Part shown: positions 8,981 through 19,793 of the stretch, in pieces | Layout: the number at the start of each line of letters is the position of its first letter | How positions within the stretch are numbered: position 1 is the first letter of the stretch | Assembly: GCA_019704295.1 (NCBI GenBank) | Contig: AP024596.1 | Location: 736,001-800,000 of the forward strand | DNA length: 64,000 bases | Direction: 5' to 3' | From: Sulfolobales archaeon HS-7 | GTDB taxonomy: Archaea > Thermoproteota > Thermoprotei_A > Sulfolobales > Sulfolobaceae | Made by a program: the position numbers and the translations under genes | The notes under the pieces: generated by a model | Databases searched by the model: none | The model's input: only the letters and a program-made list of their open reading frames with translations | What the model was told of the DNA's origin: nothing

Positions 8981-9778
8981 TTATATTGCCCTAGACACCC
9001 CACCATCCACAACTATATACGTTCCAGTTATATAGTCCCCATACTCAGAGGATAAATAAGTTATCAATTTTCCTATATGTTTTTCAGGTTTGCCTAATTT
9101 CCCTACCGGGATAGGATCCACTACCATTTCTTTCCAAACCTCACTAAAAGGCCTTCCAATTTTAGTAGAATATTTCCGTAAATTTTCTACAGCACCTGTA
9201 GTTTCAAATGAGCCCATAAGGATTGTGTTAACTGTAATTCCATGCCTTCCAAGTTCTCTTGATAAGAGTTTAGTTAATTGAAGTAAGGGTGCTCTAGAAA
9301 CATCGGCTAAAACAAATATGTCGTGTGGCTCTTTTACTGTATAAGATGACAGGAAAAAGATTCTCCCCCAGCCTCTTTTAATCATATAAGGAGTGATTAG
9401 CTTAACTAATTTAATAGAACTTAACAGATAGAGGTGTATAGAATACTCCCATTCATTAATGTCGTTCTCGAAGAAAGTCGAGGGCTCAGATGGTGGATTC
9501 CCTGAATTAACCACCAGAATATCGATTCCCCCCATTTGGCTAAGTGCAGTATTAACTAATTTGTCTATAGAAGCCATGTTAGTCAAATCTACAGTATCTC
9601 CCCATACATTTTCGTTAAAATTTTTGAGTTCCTTAACTGTTTCTATAACCCTATCTAGGTTTCTACTGGATACAAATATGTAGGCGCCTTCCATTGCAAG
9701 ACTTTTCGCTACCCCTTTCCCTATGCCGCTTGTAGATGCCGTAACAAGGATTTTTTTCCCCTTAATATCAACTATCAT
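8981..9778 (-). CDS. Short-chain dehydrogenase/reductase
   Basis: TASTSGIG Rossmann motif, DILVVNSG, YITG...VDGG. Confidence 0.9.
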   Translation of the reverse strand: MIVDIKGKKILVTASTSGIGKGVAKSLAMEGAYIFVSSRNLDRVIETVKELKNFNENVWGDTVDLTNMASIDKLVNTALSQMGGIDILVVNSGNPPSEPSTFFENDINEWEYSIHLYLLSSIKLVKLITPYMIKRGWGRIFFLSSYTVKEPHDIFVLADVSRAPLLQLTKLLSRELGRHGITVNTILMGSFETTGAVENLRKYSTKIGRPFSEVWKEMVVDPIPVGKLGKPEKHIGKLITYLSSEYGDYITGTYIVVDGGVSRAI

Positions 9779-9874
9779 TAATACGTTTCAGCGTTCTTTA
9801 TACAATTTAATTTTTTCCTTTAACGTGAAGCGGGGACATTAATGACCAGTCATAAAAGTTAACAAAAATTGGGA

Positions 9875-10024
9875 GGTTAGGGGGTGAAAAGTCTCGCCGA
9901 TGGAATAGTTCCTTTATTCTTATATACTTCTTCAAATTAAGAGATGTAATACCGACTCGATGTGTGAATTGTGAACCTCCTGGAAGGGAACTCTCGCCTC
10001 TTCTATAGGGGCAATGGAAGTTAG
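9875..10024 (+). mobile_element. Non-autonomous IS607-like remnant with right end
   Basis: agagatgtaataccgactcgatg...gaagggaactctcgcctc...ggggcaatggaagttag matches, from recall, the 3' end pattern of Sulfolobales IS607/tnpB elements. Confidence 0.5.
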
Positions 10025-10255
10025 TATGTAAGCTGTATATACTACTTCTTGAGTTCCGCTCTATTTACGTGAAAATCGGTTTATACAGTCTTCGTAACTG
10101 TAATTGGAGCATACTTTTCCTTATATGGAGAGACAAAGCATTATTACATTAAAGTAATTTAGAAAACGAAGAAAATTATATATCTATATTTTTATAATAG
10201 TTAATAATATTTACCAAACTTGAGTTACAAGCAACAATAAATCTAAAAGATATTG

Positions 10256-12088
10256 CTAACCGTTAGAGCCTTTATTTAAGCATATCTTATCTTTATCTAT
10301 CTTTACTATTCCCTGCTTTACCCTTTCTTCCATTATAGCTTCAAGAACATCTCTCTCGAAACCTGTTTCATTAATGTTTATGCACCCTTTTTGTTGTAAT
10401 TCTTCCATTAGCCTGGTAGTAACTAGATCAAAGATGTCAGCTATCTGGACTATTTTCTCAACAGTATGATAATACTCCGACGCTCGTTTTAATTCGAATA
10501 CATACGGCTTTATCTCACCTATTTTAACACAAGGTGGTTTTTCCGAATCCAATATTGAAGTTATCAGTGTCAAAGTTGAAAGATAATTCTTTGATAACTC
10601 GGTCGGCAGTTTACTGTACACTTGCTCTAACTTACCTATAGCGTATTTTATCATGTCATTGATGAATATTATAAAAGATGTTCCCTTATAGATCTTTGAT
10701 AATGGAAGGGTCTCTATGTTAAACTCCGTTCTTAGAGTGTTTACCTTTGTCTGCTCCTCTATGTTAGTTATTGATTGTAACGAATCATATATACTATACG
10801 CGTTACTAACACATTCCTCAATAACTGGCTCGTTTTTTTCTATCATCTCTTTAATAGTATTCAGAATCTTCAAAGAATCAACGTACTCTTTATATTCCTC
10901 ATTACACCCTATTGCTGACTTAAGGACGTCTATAAGCGTTTTATACTCGTTACTTATATTTCTTGTGAAAACTTCCTCTACCTGATCTACTTTCTCGACT
11001 ATTGAAGATGCTTCTTTTAATGTAGATACTTTATATATTTCCACTTCAACTATGTTCTTTATTCCAATATTCTTAGCAATCTCAGCCCTATCCTTTAATG
11101 ATACAGATATGGTAAATACGTAATTATTGAAGTATGATAGTAAATCGCTCTCTATTTTATCATACTCCTCGCTAACTTCTTTGATACAATCGATTTTATC
11201 ACACTTTTCTAACTGATCGATTAATTTGCTTACGCTGTCTTTATACTTATCTATTTGAAACCGTGGATTGCTTATTTTATTCTCTAAGTTGTTAATAGTT
11301 GCCAGCATGTTTGTAATTTTTTCATTAATTTCTGTTTTCTTTTTATCCAATTCTTGATCCCTCTTAACTCTCTGAATGTAGTTGACATATGCATCAGGAA
11401 CTTCACCAATTAAGGCAGCTATCATAGACGCTGATAATGCAACAATAAAATTATTAGATATAATATAAATTGAGATAAAAATAGGGACTAAACCAATAAG
11501 GCTTAGATAAGACTTAAGCAAAGAAAAAATTATTATTGACGCAAAAATAGAGATTATAAATATAATAAATATAATAAGTTTAAGTGAAAATAAAAGATAC
11601 ATAAAAGGCACTAGTGATAACAGCGCATTATAAATTCTGTCCTTAACGGAGTATGAAAAAGGTAGGGTTAGGAAGTGAAATGGATATCCGCTTAAAGTTA
11701 AGATGACAGCTTCGCCTGCAAGAGAAGCCTGAGGTTTATTTAATGCGATCAGTACAATAGGTATAATTATACATAAAATTTGAAATATAATACTGCTAAT
11801 AAATAAAAAGGAGGTATAGGATGTAATTATATTTGTTTTTAAATTATATATTAAATAATACACTTCTTTAACGTCGTATATTGCTATGAGTATTGGAGTT
11901 AGTATTCGAAAAAAAGGATAGCTTAATATTATAACAATTATCCAAACTAATACTGAAAATAAACCCAATTCAGTTTGAATAACAGGATATTCTTTTAATA
12001 TATTTAGTGTGAAGAAAAAGTTTAGTATAATAAATAATATTCTTATTTCTATTTTTTTAAGATCGCTATCCGCAATAGATAAAGGCAC
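10256..12088 (-). CDS. Hypothetical membrane protein (multi-TM N-terminus, long helical C-terminal region)
   Basis: 610-aa ORF: ~230 hydrophobic residues, then a charged coiled-coil-like region. Confidence 0.8.
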   Translation of the reverse strand: MPLSIADSDLKKIEIRILFIILNFFFTLNILKEYPVIQTELGLFSVLVWIIVIILSYPFFRILTPILIAIYDVKEVYYLIYNLKTNIITSYTSFLFISSIIFQILCIIIPIVLIALNKPQASLAGEAVILTLSGYPFHFLTLPFSYSVKDRIYNALLSLVPFMYLLFSLKLIIFIIFIISIFASIIIFSLLKSYLSLIGLVPIFISIYIISNNFIVALSASMIAALIGEVPDAYVNYIQRVKRDQELDKKKTEINEKITNMLATINNLENKISNPRFQIDKYKDSVSKLIDQLEKCDKIDCIKEVSEEYDKIESDLLSYFNNYVFTISVSLKDRAEIAKNIGIKNIVEVEIYKVSTLKEASSIVEKVDQVEEVFTRNISNEYKTLIDVLKSAIGCNEEYKEYVDSLKILNTIKEMIEKNEPVIEECVSNAYSIYDSLQSITNIEEQTKVNTLRTEFNIETLPLSKIYKGTSFIIFINDMIKYAIGKLEQVYSKLPTELSKNYLSTLTLITSILDSEKPPCVKIGEIKPYVFELKRASEYYHTVEKIVQIADIFDLVTTRLMEELQQKGCININETGFERDVLEAIMEERVKQGIVKIDKDKICLNKGSNG

Positions 12089-12119
12089 AAAACTATTGCT
12101 TCTGATATCAAAATAAGTT

Positions 12120-12899
12120 TTATTGTGTAATTCTAGAGTTCAGTTCAGCCGTAAGCTTTTCTGAGGAGATTACCCTATTCCATATCTCATCATAATTATC
12201 AAAAAGGTATTGGTAAGCGTCCTTGATCCTTTTCATTACTATAGTATCGGAAAGGGGGTATATCCTTAAACCTACTCTTCCCACCGCCCCACTACTTATC
12301 ATCATCCAATGAGAGAAAATCTCTAGCGGATAGAGACGCTTGATGTCATAGGCACCCAATGGAACGGAATATAGCCAATATAATTCCCTTACAAAATTTG
12401 TAACAATATTTCTAATTAATGATGGTTTCCATTTTTCAAATATTTCATTACTATGTTCTTTTACATATTTAACTATTTCTTCATACTTTTTATTGCCTTG
12501 AGGATCCGATGCTAATCCGGTAATAGCTAAAACGAAGTCCTTTTGTTCCAAGAGCGATAATAAATTTCCAGATACGTACAACCAACAGCTTGCAGCAAAC
12601 GAGTCGAATATTCCCTCCTCCATTTTCTGAATTGCCTCCTCTATAGTCACTGTGTTAGTGTGAACAGTGCCTTTTATTATAACCTCCTTCAACTCATCGA
12701 AGTTTACCTTCCCGCTCCATATCAATTTCCCATTTATGAATACCGAAGGAGTAGATAGAACACCCCTTTCAAAAGCTATAAAGGGATATTGCTCAGTATT
12801 TACCAGCTTGATTTTATCTATAAGTCCCTCTTCCTTTAACATTGATAAAAGAATAGCGCATTCAGAACACTTACTATGGGTAAATATTTCTATTTCCAT
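12120..12899 (-). CDS. Thioredoxin-family protein
   Basis: N-terminal CSEC (CxxC) and VLSTPSVFING thioredoxin-fold motifs. Confidence 0.85.
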   Translation of the reverse strand: MEIEIFTHSKCSECAILLSMLKEEGLIDKIKLVNTEQYPFIAFERGVLSTPSVFINGKLIWSGKVNFDELKEVIIKGTVHTNTVTIEEAIQKMEEGIFDSFAASCWLYVSGNLLSLLEQKDFVLAITGLASDPQGNKKYEEIVKYVKEHSNEIFEKWKPSLIRNIVTNFVRELYWLYSVPLGAYDIKRLYPLEIFSHWMMISSGAVGRVGLRIYPLSDTIVMKRIKDAYQYLFDNYDEIWNRVISSEKLTAELNSRITQ

Positions 12900-12952
12900 A
12901 TATATGCTTACGATATAGCCCCAAAATAAAAGCTAACTACTATTAATTGAAG

Positions 12953-13030
12953 GGTCGTCCACGCGTTTATTGCAAATTATAATATTCTTGATTAAATTAG
13001 TATAGTTAAGCGTGTAATAATCCAGATATA
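12953..13030 (+). repeat. Truncated end of the ~160-bp MITE family
   Basis: gggtcgtccacgcgtttattgcaaatt resembles the left TIR at 1492 (gggcctttcacccgttcattgcaaatt). Confidence 0.45.
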
Positions 13031-13065
13031 TACCAAGTAGTGCGAGGAATAAGAGTGACTGTACA

Positions 13066-13636
13066 GTCTTATTTCACCAAAAAATCTCACGGTTGTAAGC
13101 TAATATTAGCGTAATTTCTATATAAAATAGGATTAAGTCAACTCAAAAAGCGTGACAATATGACATGTTTAGTCAAGATAATGAATATTTTACGAGTTAA
13201 GACTGAATCACATAAGAAATTCTGAATTTATCTCATCAGTTCAAAACGAGATATATATTCCACCCTCTTACTTACTCAAAAATCCGCTAGAGGAGGTCAA
13301 CGAACTCGTTAAAAATTATGGGCTTCTCTCCTGGTGCCTTGAAGTTAAACGAGAGGAAGTTATGTAAGTTACAGACTATGTCGGGAAGCGTGTAGATCAG
13401 GTGGAGGAAGAGCTTGTTCCTAAACCTCCTGATGAGTTCTATCCTCGCTTTCCTCGTCTTGAACCACCTTCTACACCACAACTTATATGTCTCGGTTAAG
13501 CCATAAGGATCTTCCTTAATGTTAGACATAAAGACGAAGTGTGTTGGTTTACCCTTGTGTTTCACATAAATTACGTCGTGATAGTAGAGTCTTTCGTAGT
13601 CTACCACTCCATAAGTAACATAAGTTATGTCTTCAA
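13066..13636 (-). mobile_element. ISH3-family remnant (one TIR plus transposase C-terminus)
   Basis: TIR gtcttatttcaccaa; colinear with 1619-2190; ORF 13287-13607 has DVIYVKHKGKPTHFVF. Confidence 0.85.
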
Positions 13637-13820
13637 CCTTCCATGGCGAAAATACGTAGCACTAGAGACGAGAATAACGAGTCCCTACAATGGTTTAGTC
13701 TTAAGAGGTGCAAGTTTGCTAAGAGCAAGAACGTCAAGAAATACAACGTTATCTAGGTACCGTTCTCGACACGTTGTTCCCATAGCTGTGTTTGAGGCGA
13801 AGCGTGTAGTGGCTTGAAAA
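13637..13820. repeat. ~185-bp dispersed repeat, copy 1 of 3
   Basis: Aligns with 19612-19793 and 41119-41300 (gcactag...aagaacgtcaa...ttcccatagct). Confidence 0.85.
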
Positions 13821-13839
13821 ATTCGAGATTAGTTCTGAG

Positions 13840-13967
13840 TACACTTAATAAACTAATTTTATATTACTTCCCTATTAGTAATTAAGCGAATTTAATTCTA
13901 GAAAGACGCACTTTATAACTCTTTAGTTTATTTAGTTATTCAAATTAATTACATACTGGACATCATC
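13840..13967 (-). repeat. End of the ~365-bp MITE family, reverse orientation
   Basis: Reverse complement matches 61693-61820 and 56618-56745. Confidence 0.8.
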
Positions 13968-13970
13968 ATA

Positions 13971-14053
13971 TGTATAGTGTGAAAAAGTGCGGTAAACCCT
14001 GTACGTCAATGCTGAATGAAGTTTCCTCTCCCTTTAATGTCTGACCAAGTATA
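13971..14053 (+). mobile_element. Isolated IS630 right end
   Basis: Matches 38175-38256; ends gtctgaccaagta followed by TA. Confidence 0.8.
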
Positions 14054-14183
14054 ATGTTTAAAAAATGTATCGTCTCAGTTATTGAAATTCCTTATTAAGC
14101 TCATTCTTATAATCAATGCGAGATGAATGTTTAAATCTAAACTTAACTAACTTTAAAGGTTTTAATCCGCTACATCTATATTC

Positions 14184-14402
14184 ATGGAAAACAATGACCT
14201 TCGAGGTACTACATGCGATCAATTTATAGTAACTCTCTCTAAAAGACTATTAGCATTAAAACCTGGTGAAAGCATTTCAATAATAGCTGATAAAGATAGA
14301 ATTTTCTGTATGCATATGGTTTTAAAGAATTCCCCTCGTTTTATTTATAAAGCGGATACTAAGGAAGCGTATGCCGAAATAACTATAAAACGATTAAGGT
14401 GA
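14184..14402 (+). CDS. SirA/TusA-like small protein
   Basis: DLRGTTC motif, LKPGESISIIAD, 72 aa. Confidence 0.8.
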   Translation: MENNDLRGTTCDQFIVTLSKRLLALKPGESISIIADKDRIFCMHMVLKNSPRFIYKADTKEAYAEITIKRLR

Positions 14403-14575
14403 GAGTTAAACAGTATTAAGGTTTTAATGAAAGCTAAAAACTTAATTCAAGAATTACAAGCATGGCTGAGGCCTGAGGATTAAATCAAATACTACGAAAT
14501 TGTAGCAAGCCCAAACTTCGTCGCACTTTAAGTGTTATGGTTTATTTCCTATCATCTAAAAAATATAACAGTTGT

Positions 14576-15769
14576 ATGAGTGACATAATAGACGGCATAA
14601 TTGAAAGGGCTGAAAACTCTAGGATCTTCCGAAATAAGGAGGTATTAAGGCCTGATTATGTTCCTGGGGAACTTCCACACAGAGAAGAACAAATCAGAAG
14701 ACTTGGGACAATTCTCGTAACCTTACTTCGTAAGGAGAGGCCAAGTAACGTATTTATTTACGGGTTAACGGGGACGGGAAAAACTGCGGTTAGTAAGTTT
14801 GTACTTAACAGTTTGCATAAAAGAGGTAGCAATAGTTTTAAATATGTATATATAAATACGAGGCAAAGTGATACGCCTTACAGAATCCTTGCTGATATAA
14901 TAGAAACTTCCGGATTGACGGTACCGTTCACGGGTATATCTACAGCAGAACTTTACAGAAGGTTGGTTAAAGTTGTTAGACAAGAAAATAGAATAATCGT
15001 TCTTGTCCTTGATGAGATTGATACAGTCGTTAAAAAGCATGGAGATGAGGTTCTTTATAGATTAACTAGAATTAATGAGGAGCTTTCAACATCAAAATTC
15101 ACGATAATAGGAATTACGAACGATATTAATTTCGTGGACTTACTCGATCCACGTGTCAAAAGCAGTCTGGGTGAGGAGGAGTTAGTTTTTCCTCCCTATA
15201 ATGCATCCGAATTAGAAGACATCCTCTCAAGAAGAGTAAGGGAAGCCTTAAAGGAAGGAACGTATTCTCAGAACGTTATATCATTATGTGCTGCATTAGC
15301 CGCAAGAGAACATGGTGATGCTAGAAGAGCCCTAGATCTTATTCGTGTATCAGCAGAAATTGCTGAGAGAGGAGGTAAAAATCAGATTGCTGAAGACGAT
15401 GTATATCTTGCTAGAAACGAGATTGAAAGGGATAGAGTTACAGAAGTTTTGGAAAGTCTTCCATTTCACTCTAAGTTAGTCCTGATAGCGATAATTAAGG
15501 GATTGGAACAGAGAAAGCAATTGATTACGGGAGAGGTATACGATATTTACAGAAGATATGCTAAACGACTAGGTCTAGAGAGTATATCCCAAAGAAGAGT
15601 AAGTGACATAATAAATGAACTGGATATGGTAGGTCTGATAAACGCTAAAGTGATTAATCGTGGGAGATATGGGAAGACGAAGGAAGTTACAATAACGAAA
15701 GAGATAAGGGATGCTGTAGCAAAAGTAGTTATTAATGATGAGAAACTTGCTAGTGTCTGGAGTGGATGA
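14576..15769 (+). CDS. cdc6: Replication initiator Orc1-1/Cdc6-1
   Basis: [15 protein letters not shown], Walker A GLTGTGKT, Walker [16 protein letters not shown], wH GRYGKT. MSDIID start at 14576 preferred over 14537. Confidence 0.95.
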   Translation: MSDIIDGIIERAENSRIFRNKEVLRPDYVPGELPHREEQIRRLGTILVTLLRKERPSNVFIYGLTGTGKTAVSKFVLNSLHKRGSNSFKYVYINTRQSDTPYRILADIIETSGLTVPFTGISTAELYRRLVKVVRQENRIIVLVLDEIDTVVKKHGDEVLYRLTRINEELSTSKFTIIGITNDINFVDLLDPRVKSSLGEEELVFPPYNASELEDILSRRVREALKEGTYSQNVISLCAALAAREHGDARRALDLIRVSAEIAERGGKNQIAEDDVYLARNEIERDRVTEVLESLPFHSKLVLIAIIKGLEQRKQLITGEVYDIYRRYAKRLGLESISQRRVSDIINELDMVGLINAKVINRGRYGKTKEVTITKEIRDAVAKVVINDEKLASVWSG

Positions 15770-16283
15770 TGGTTTTTTCCCCATAAAGTTTAAGGGAAAA
15801 AAAGGAAAGACCGTGTTATCCTCAGTTACTTATGATGATAAAAGGGTCGTTTATATAGATCTTAACAGAATAACCGTTGATGGAAATGACGGTACAGACG
15901 CTTTCAGAACATTAAGAAAAGGAGATATAACTATTTTAGACGGGGTAATTTATGCTGGGTTTAATTACATTACTCCAGATCAAAACTATATAATTTTCTA
16001 TTCATCAAGACCTAACATAGAAAAAATTAAGGAGGCTCTCATTAAACATTTCTATAATGAAAATGAGAAAATATCATACGTGGTAAACATTTTAAACGGA
16101 TTATCTAGGATTACGACTAAATGGGGTGACGTGTTTATTTATACCGACTTAAAAATCCAAGATGCAGTAAAAATTATTGAGAAATATCAGTTTTTTTCTA
16201 TAAGACCTGAACCGTTAAGGACGGCTCATATAATTTCTAGTTCTGTAGCAAGATTTTTACTAAATAAGCATAATAGCCTCTAA
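15735..16283 (+). CDS. DUF99-family (endonuclease V-like) protein
   Basis: Motifs [22 protein letters not shown] and PEPLRTAH. Confidence 0.85.
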   Translation: MMRNLLVSGVDDGFFPIKFKGKKGKTVLSSVTYDDKRVVYIDLNRITVDGNDGTDAFRTLRKGDITILDGVIYAGFNYITPDQNYIIFYSSRPNIEKIKEALIKHFYNENEKISYVVNILNGLSRITTKWGDVFIYTDLKIQDAVKIIEKYQFFSIRPEPLRTAHIISSSVARFLLNKHNSL

Positions 16284-16359
<76 letters not shown>

Positions 16360-16425
16360 AACTAATTATCTATGAACAAAAGTTATTTTTATGTTCTTTG
16401 GTTTCATGTAAGGATTAACCTAAAA

Positions 16426-16812
16426 CTACTTAACTAGAAGGGGAAGTAGGAATATCGCGAATAGCAGGTTAAATAACACGATTGCTGTTATAATAGTGTA
16501 TAGTTTATCTCTCTCTAAACCAAAATTTATAACAGATGCAAGCACTCTAATCACAGGAGTTGCTATTAGTACAATTAACCCGAGATATATAAGGGCAAGT
16601 CCGTCGCCTTTTAGTATAAGTGGGGGAATTTTATATACACTGGCAGTAGAAGTATTTACAATGGAATGAACTGACGCTATTTGGGATAACGAGTATCCCT
16701 GTGCTCCCCCATGAATGAATATTTCCGCAGCACCTATAGCTAGCAGTACTCCGCTGATAATCACTCCTATTCTGAGAATGTTGCCTATTACTGTATCAAA
16801 ATCTAGCTTCAT
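16426..16812 (-). CDS. DUF1634-family membrane protein
   Basis: ILRIGVIIS and LIATPVIRV motifs; coupled to the TauE gene. Confidence 0.85.
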   Translation of the reverse strand: MKLDFDTVIGNILRIGVIISGVLLAIGAAEIFIHGGAQGYSLSQIASVHSIVNTSTASVYKIPPLILKGDGLALIYLGLIVLIATPVIRVLASVINFGLERDKLYTIITAIVLFNLLFAIFLLPLLVK

Positions 16813-17666
16813 ACAGGTACCCCGAGCCCACGTAATATGCTTTCTATTGCTAAAATGCCTATCAGTATTAGGAATAACATTCTCACCCTAGTGTTTCTTA
16901 TTTTTACTAGTATTTTACTTCCGAAGAATGAGCCAATCAGGACTCCAATAGCTGTTGCAGCAGCTAAAAATGGCTGAATATAGCCAAAAAACCAATAGAT
17001 TGAGGAGCCCGTAGCTGCAGTAACTCCTATCATAAAATTGCTGGTTGTAGTAGTTACCTTCATAGGTAAGTTCATAGCGAAATCCATTCCAAGTACTTTA
17101 AGTGCTCCACTTCCTATACCCAAAAGTCCTGAGATAAACCCTGCGAAGAACATTACTATCGCCCCTAGCCACCATCTAATACCTATATATCTTACTTCTC
17201 TATTTAACGCTAAATCGTAATATGAACCCTGCATTTTGAAAATCCTGGTTGTCCAGTCGGGTTTTTTTTCAGATGGTAATTCTGCTTTCATTTTTTGTAT
17301 AGAAGTAAATATTGATATAAGTAATACCGCGCCTAATGAAAGGTAAATGATGTACGTCAGTCCATGCGTGTAAATGTACTCAGCTGTAAGTGAACCTACA
17401 ATTGAGCCTAAGGTTGTCCCTATTTCTAATGACATTCCTATTCTTAGATTAACTATTCTATCCTTAACATACGCACTAGCTGCACCACTTGACGTAGCTA
17501 TTGTGGATATTAAACTTGCTCCGGCAGCGTAGATTATTGGAATATTTAGGTAGAGACTTAAAATAGGTACTAATACCGTTCCGCCTCCCAAACCAGTTAG
17601 GGAGCCTAATAACCCTGCAGCAATACTCACTATTACTATTTCTAGGAAGAAAAACAACGCTAGCAT
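16809..17666 (-). CDS. Sulfite exporter TauE/SafE family permease
   Basis: Repeated GSLTGLGGG / SGLLGIGSG motifs; multi-TM. Confidence 0.9.
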   Translation of the reverse strand: MLALFFFLEIVIVSIAAGLLGSLTGLGGGTVLVPILSLYLNIPIIYAAGASLISTIATSSGAASAYVKDRIVNLRIGMSLEIGTTLGSIVGSLTAEYIYTHGLTYIIYLSLGAVLLISIFTSIQKMKAELPSEKKPDWTTRIFKMQGSYYDLALNREVRYIGIRWWLGAIVMFFAGFISGLLGIGSGALKVLGMDFAMNLPMKVTTTTSNFMIGVTAATGSSIYWFFGYIQPFLAAATAIGVLIGSFFGSKILVKIRNTRVRMLFLILIGILAIESILRGLGVPV

Positions 17667-17787
17667 CTACTCACCAGAGTTAAAGGGTTTTATTTGGCAT
17701 TTAAAAAAACGATCCTCAGAAACTAGGATATAACATAGTATTTGTTCGGTTACTTAGTAAATAAATTATGAGATTGGTAAAAGTATA

Positions 17788-18117
17788 CTACGACGAAAGA
17801 ATCTCTATAGCCTTTGCTATATCACCATTAGCCTTTCTAAGAGCTGTTACACATTCCTCCCTGTTCTTTCCTGTCTGTTGCATTACGAAATTTATATCAT
17901 CCTCGTTTATCTCTATTTCCTCCTTCTTTTCTCTCTCCTCAATTTTACCTCCAGTAACGGCGTACATGTTCTGCCCTTGCCCAGAAACATAAGTAACTGT
18001 AGGCGAATCTATCGTTATTACTTTATCGTTAGTTTCGATTATTACTCTAATAGCGTTGATTTCCTCAACATTAATACCAAACTTTTTTAGTTTTTTCAAA
18101 TCATTAGCCTTAAACAT
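17788..18117 (-). CDS. nac: Nascent polypeptide-associated complex protein
   Basis: NAC domain plus C-terminal UBA (DINFVMQQTG...ALRKANGDIAKAI). ATG at 18117 preferred. Confidence 0.9.
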   Translation of the reverse strand: MFKANDLKKLKKFGINVEEINAIRVIIETNDKVITIDSPTVTYVSGQGQNMYAVTGGKIEEREKKEEIEINEDDINFVMQQTGKNREECVTALRKANGDIAKAIEILSS

Positions 18118-18184
18118 AACTATTATCCCTTTTTCAGACAAAATTTAATACTTTGTGGTGAATTAACGATATCTATCGGATATA

Positions 18185-19462
18185 ATGTATTCGCTAAAGA
18201 TACTAGGAGGAGGTCAGGAGGTAGGGAGAAATTCTTTAGAGATATCTAAGGATGGCAGCGAAAGTATAATGCTAGACTGTGGGGTAAACTTTGACGAAAA
18301 AGACATGCCTCGTCTTCCGTTACAAGTCGCCTCTCCAGTGAAGCTAAAGGGAATAGTGGTCTCTCATTCTCACTTAGATCATACTGGAGGACTCCCACTA
18401 TATCAAATATCAACATCTATTCCTATTTATGGAACGCAAATAACTAAGCAAATTTCAGAACTAATACTAAGTGATTTCCTTAAGCTTTCTGGTGCGATGT
18501 TACCGTTTGAGTTAAGGGAAGTTCAGAAGACTTTAGGGAATTTCATAAGTCTTAACTATAAGGATACAGTTGAAGTAGGAGGATTTACAATTGAGATAAC
18601 TAAAGCAGGTCACATACCTGGAAGTACATTAACTATAGTGAAAACTGAAAAAGGAGATATTGCATACAGCGGAGATATAAACACAACAGAAACTAAGTTG
18701 TCAGGACCTGCAGACCTTTCGGAAGTCAGAGACGCAAAGGTCTTCATAATAGAGGGAACTTACGGTAAGTTTAATCATCCCGACAGAAGGAAAGTTGAAG
18801 AGGATTTCGTTTCGAAGGCAAAAGAGGTAATTGAGGGCGGAGGGATAGTTTTAGTTCCTGCATTCAGCTTGGCAAGAAGTCAGGAAATATTATCCGTTCT
18901 CGCCGAGAGGAATTTTGAATATGACGTCTATTATGACGGTATGAGTAAGGATATGTTAAGAATTATGTTACAAAATAAAAACGAAATTAATAGATACGAC
19001 ATATTAGTAAAAGCTTCGGAGACGTTTAATCCAGTGAGAGGATGGAGGGATAGAAAGGAAGTTCTGAGGCAAAAAGGGCTTGTGATAACTGGTGCAGGAA
19101 TGCTGAAAGGAGGAGCAGCAGTTTTCTATTATAAGAAGATAGCGGATGACAAGCGTAATGCCGTATTTATGGTAGGTTATCAGGCAGAGGGTACTCCAGG
19201 GAGAAGAATATTGGAAACTGGAATGTTCGATGAGCAGTCCCCTCCTTTAAAGGCTAGGCTCGAGTTGTTTGATTTTTCGTCACATGCCGGGAGAGATCAA
19301 TTAGTGGATATAATAAAGCACTCTAACTTGGTGGAAAAAGTGATCATAGTGCATTCATCGATTGAGAGCGGTAAAGTGTTGGCTAAAACTATTATGGAAA
19401 AACTTAATGGTGTAAATGTATATTTTCCAGCAGAAGGAGATGAAATTAAATTGTTTGACTAA
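18185..19462 (+). CDS. beta-CASP metallo-beta-lactamase ribonuclease (aCPSF2-like)
   Basis: GGGQEVGRN, SHSHLDH, AGHIPGS, EGTYG, GYQAEGTPGR, FSSHAG; no N-terminal KH domains. Confidence 0.9.
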   Translation: MYSLKILGGGQEVGRNSLEISKDGSESIMLDCGVNFDEKDMPRLPLQVASPVKLKGIVVSHSHLDHTGGLPLYQISTSIPIYGTQITKQISELILSDFLKLSGAMLPFELREVQKTLGNFISLNYKDTVEVGGFTIEITKAGHIPGSTLTIVKTEKGDIAYSGDINTTETKLSGPADLSEVRDAKVFIIEGTYGKFNHPDRRKVEEDFVSKAKEVIEGGGIVLVPAFSLARSQEILSVLAERNFEYDVYYDGMSKDMLRIMLQNKNEINRYDILVKASETFNPVRGWRDRKEVLRQKGLVITGAGMLKGGAAVFYYKKIADDKRNAVFMVGYQAEGTPGRRILETGMFDEQSPPLKARLELFDFSSHAGRDQLVDIIKHSNLVEKVIIVHSSIESGKVLAKTIMEKLNGVNVYFPAEGDEIKLFD

Positions 19463-19511
19463 ATCAGTCAAAATTAACGTATAGATTTTTGTCTCAAAGA
19501 AGTTCTGATTA

Positions 19512-19575
19512 AATATGGATGAACGAGGTCTTAAGTTCTGACAATAGATGATGACGAAACCCACGCTGTGACTCA
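19512..19575 (+). ncRNA. Possible box C/D sRNA
   Basis: TGGATGA - 15 nt - CTGA - 6 nt - ATGATGA - 13 nt - GTGA spacing; terminal boxes imperfect. Confidence 0.45.
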
Positions 19576-19611
19576 GTATACTAGCAGTATAGGAATAACA
19601 AACTGACACAA

Positions 19612-19793
19612 TCCTTCCACTGGGAAAACGTGTAGCACTAGGGATGAGAATAACGAGTCACTATAATGGTTAGTTCCAACAGGTGCAAGTTGGCAAGAGC
19701 AAGAACGTCAAAAATATAACGGTGAACTAGGGACCCTTCTGGACACGCTGTTCCCATAGCTATGTTAGAGGCCAAGCATATAGCGCCTTTGGA
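19612..19793. repeat. ~185-bp dispersed repeat, copy 2 of 3
   Basis: Aligns with 13637-13820 and 41119-41300. Confidence 0.85.

Noticed and set aside
19614-19629. TTCCACTGGGAAAAC as an extra ORB nearer to cdc6-1
   Set aside because: No G-string, wrong spacing, and it is the variable start of the ~185-bp repeat.
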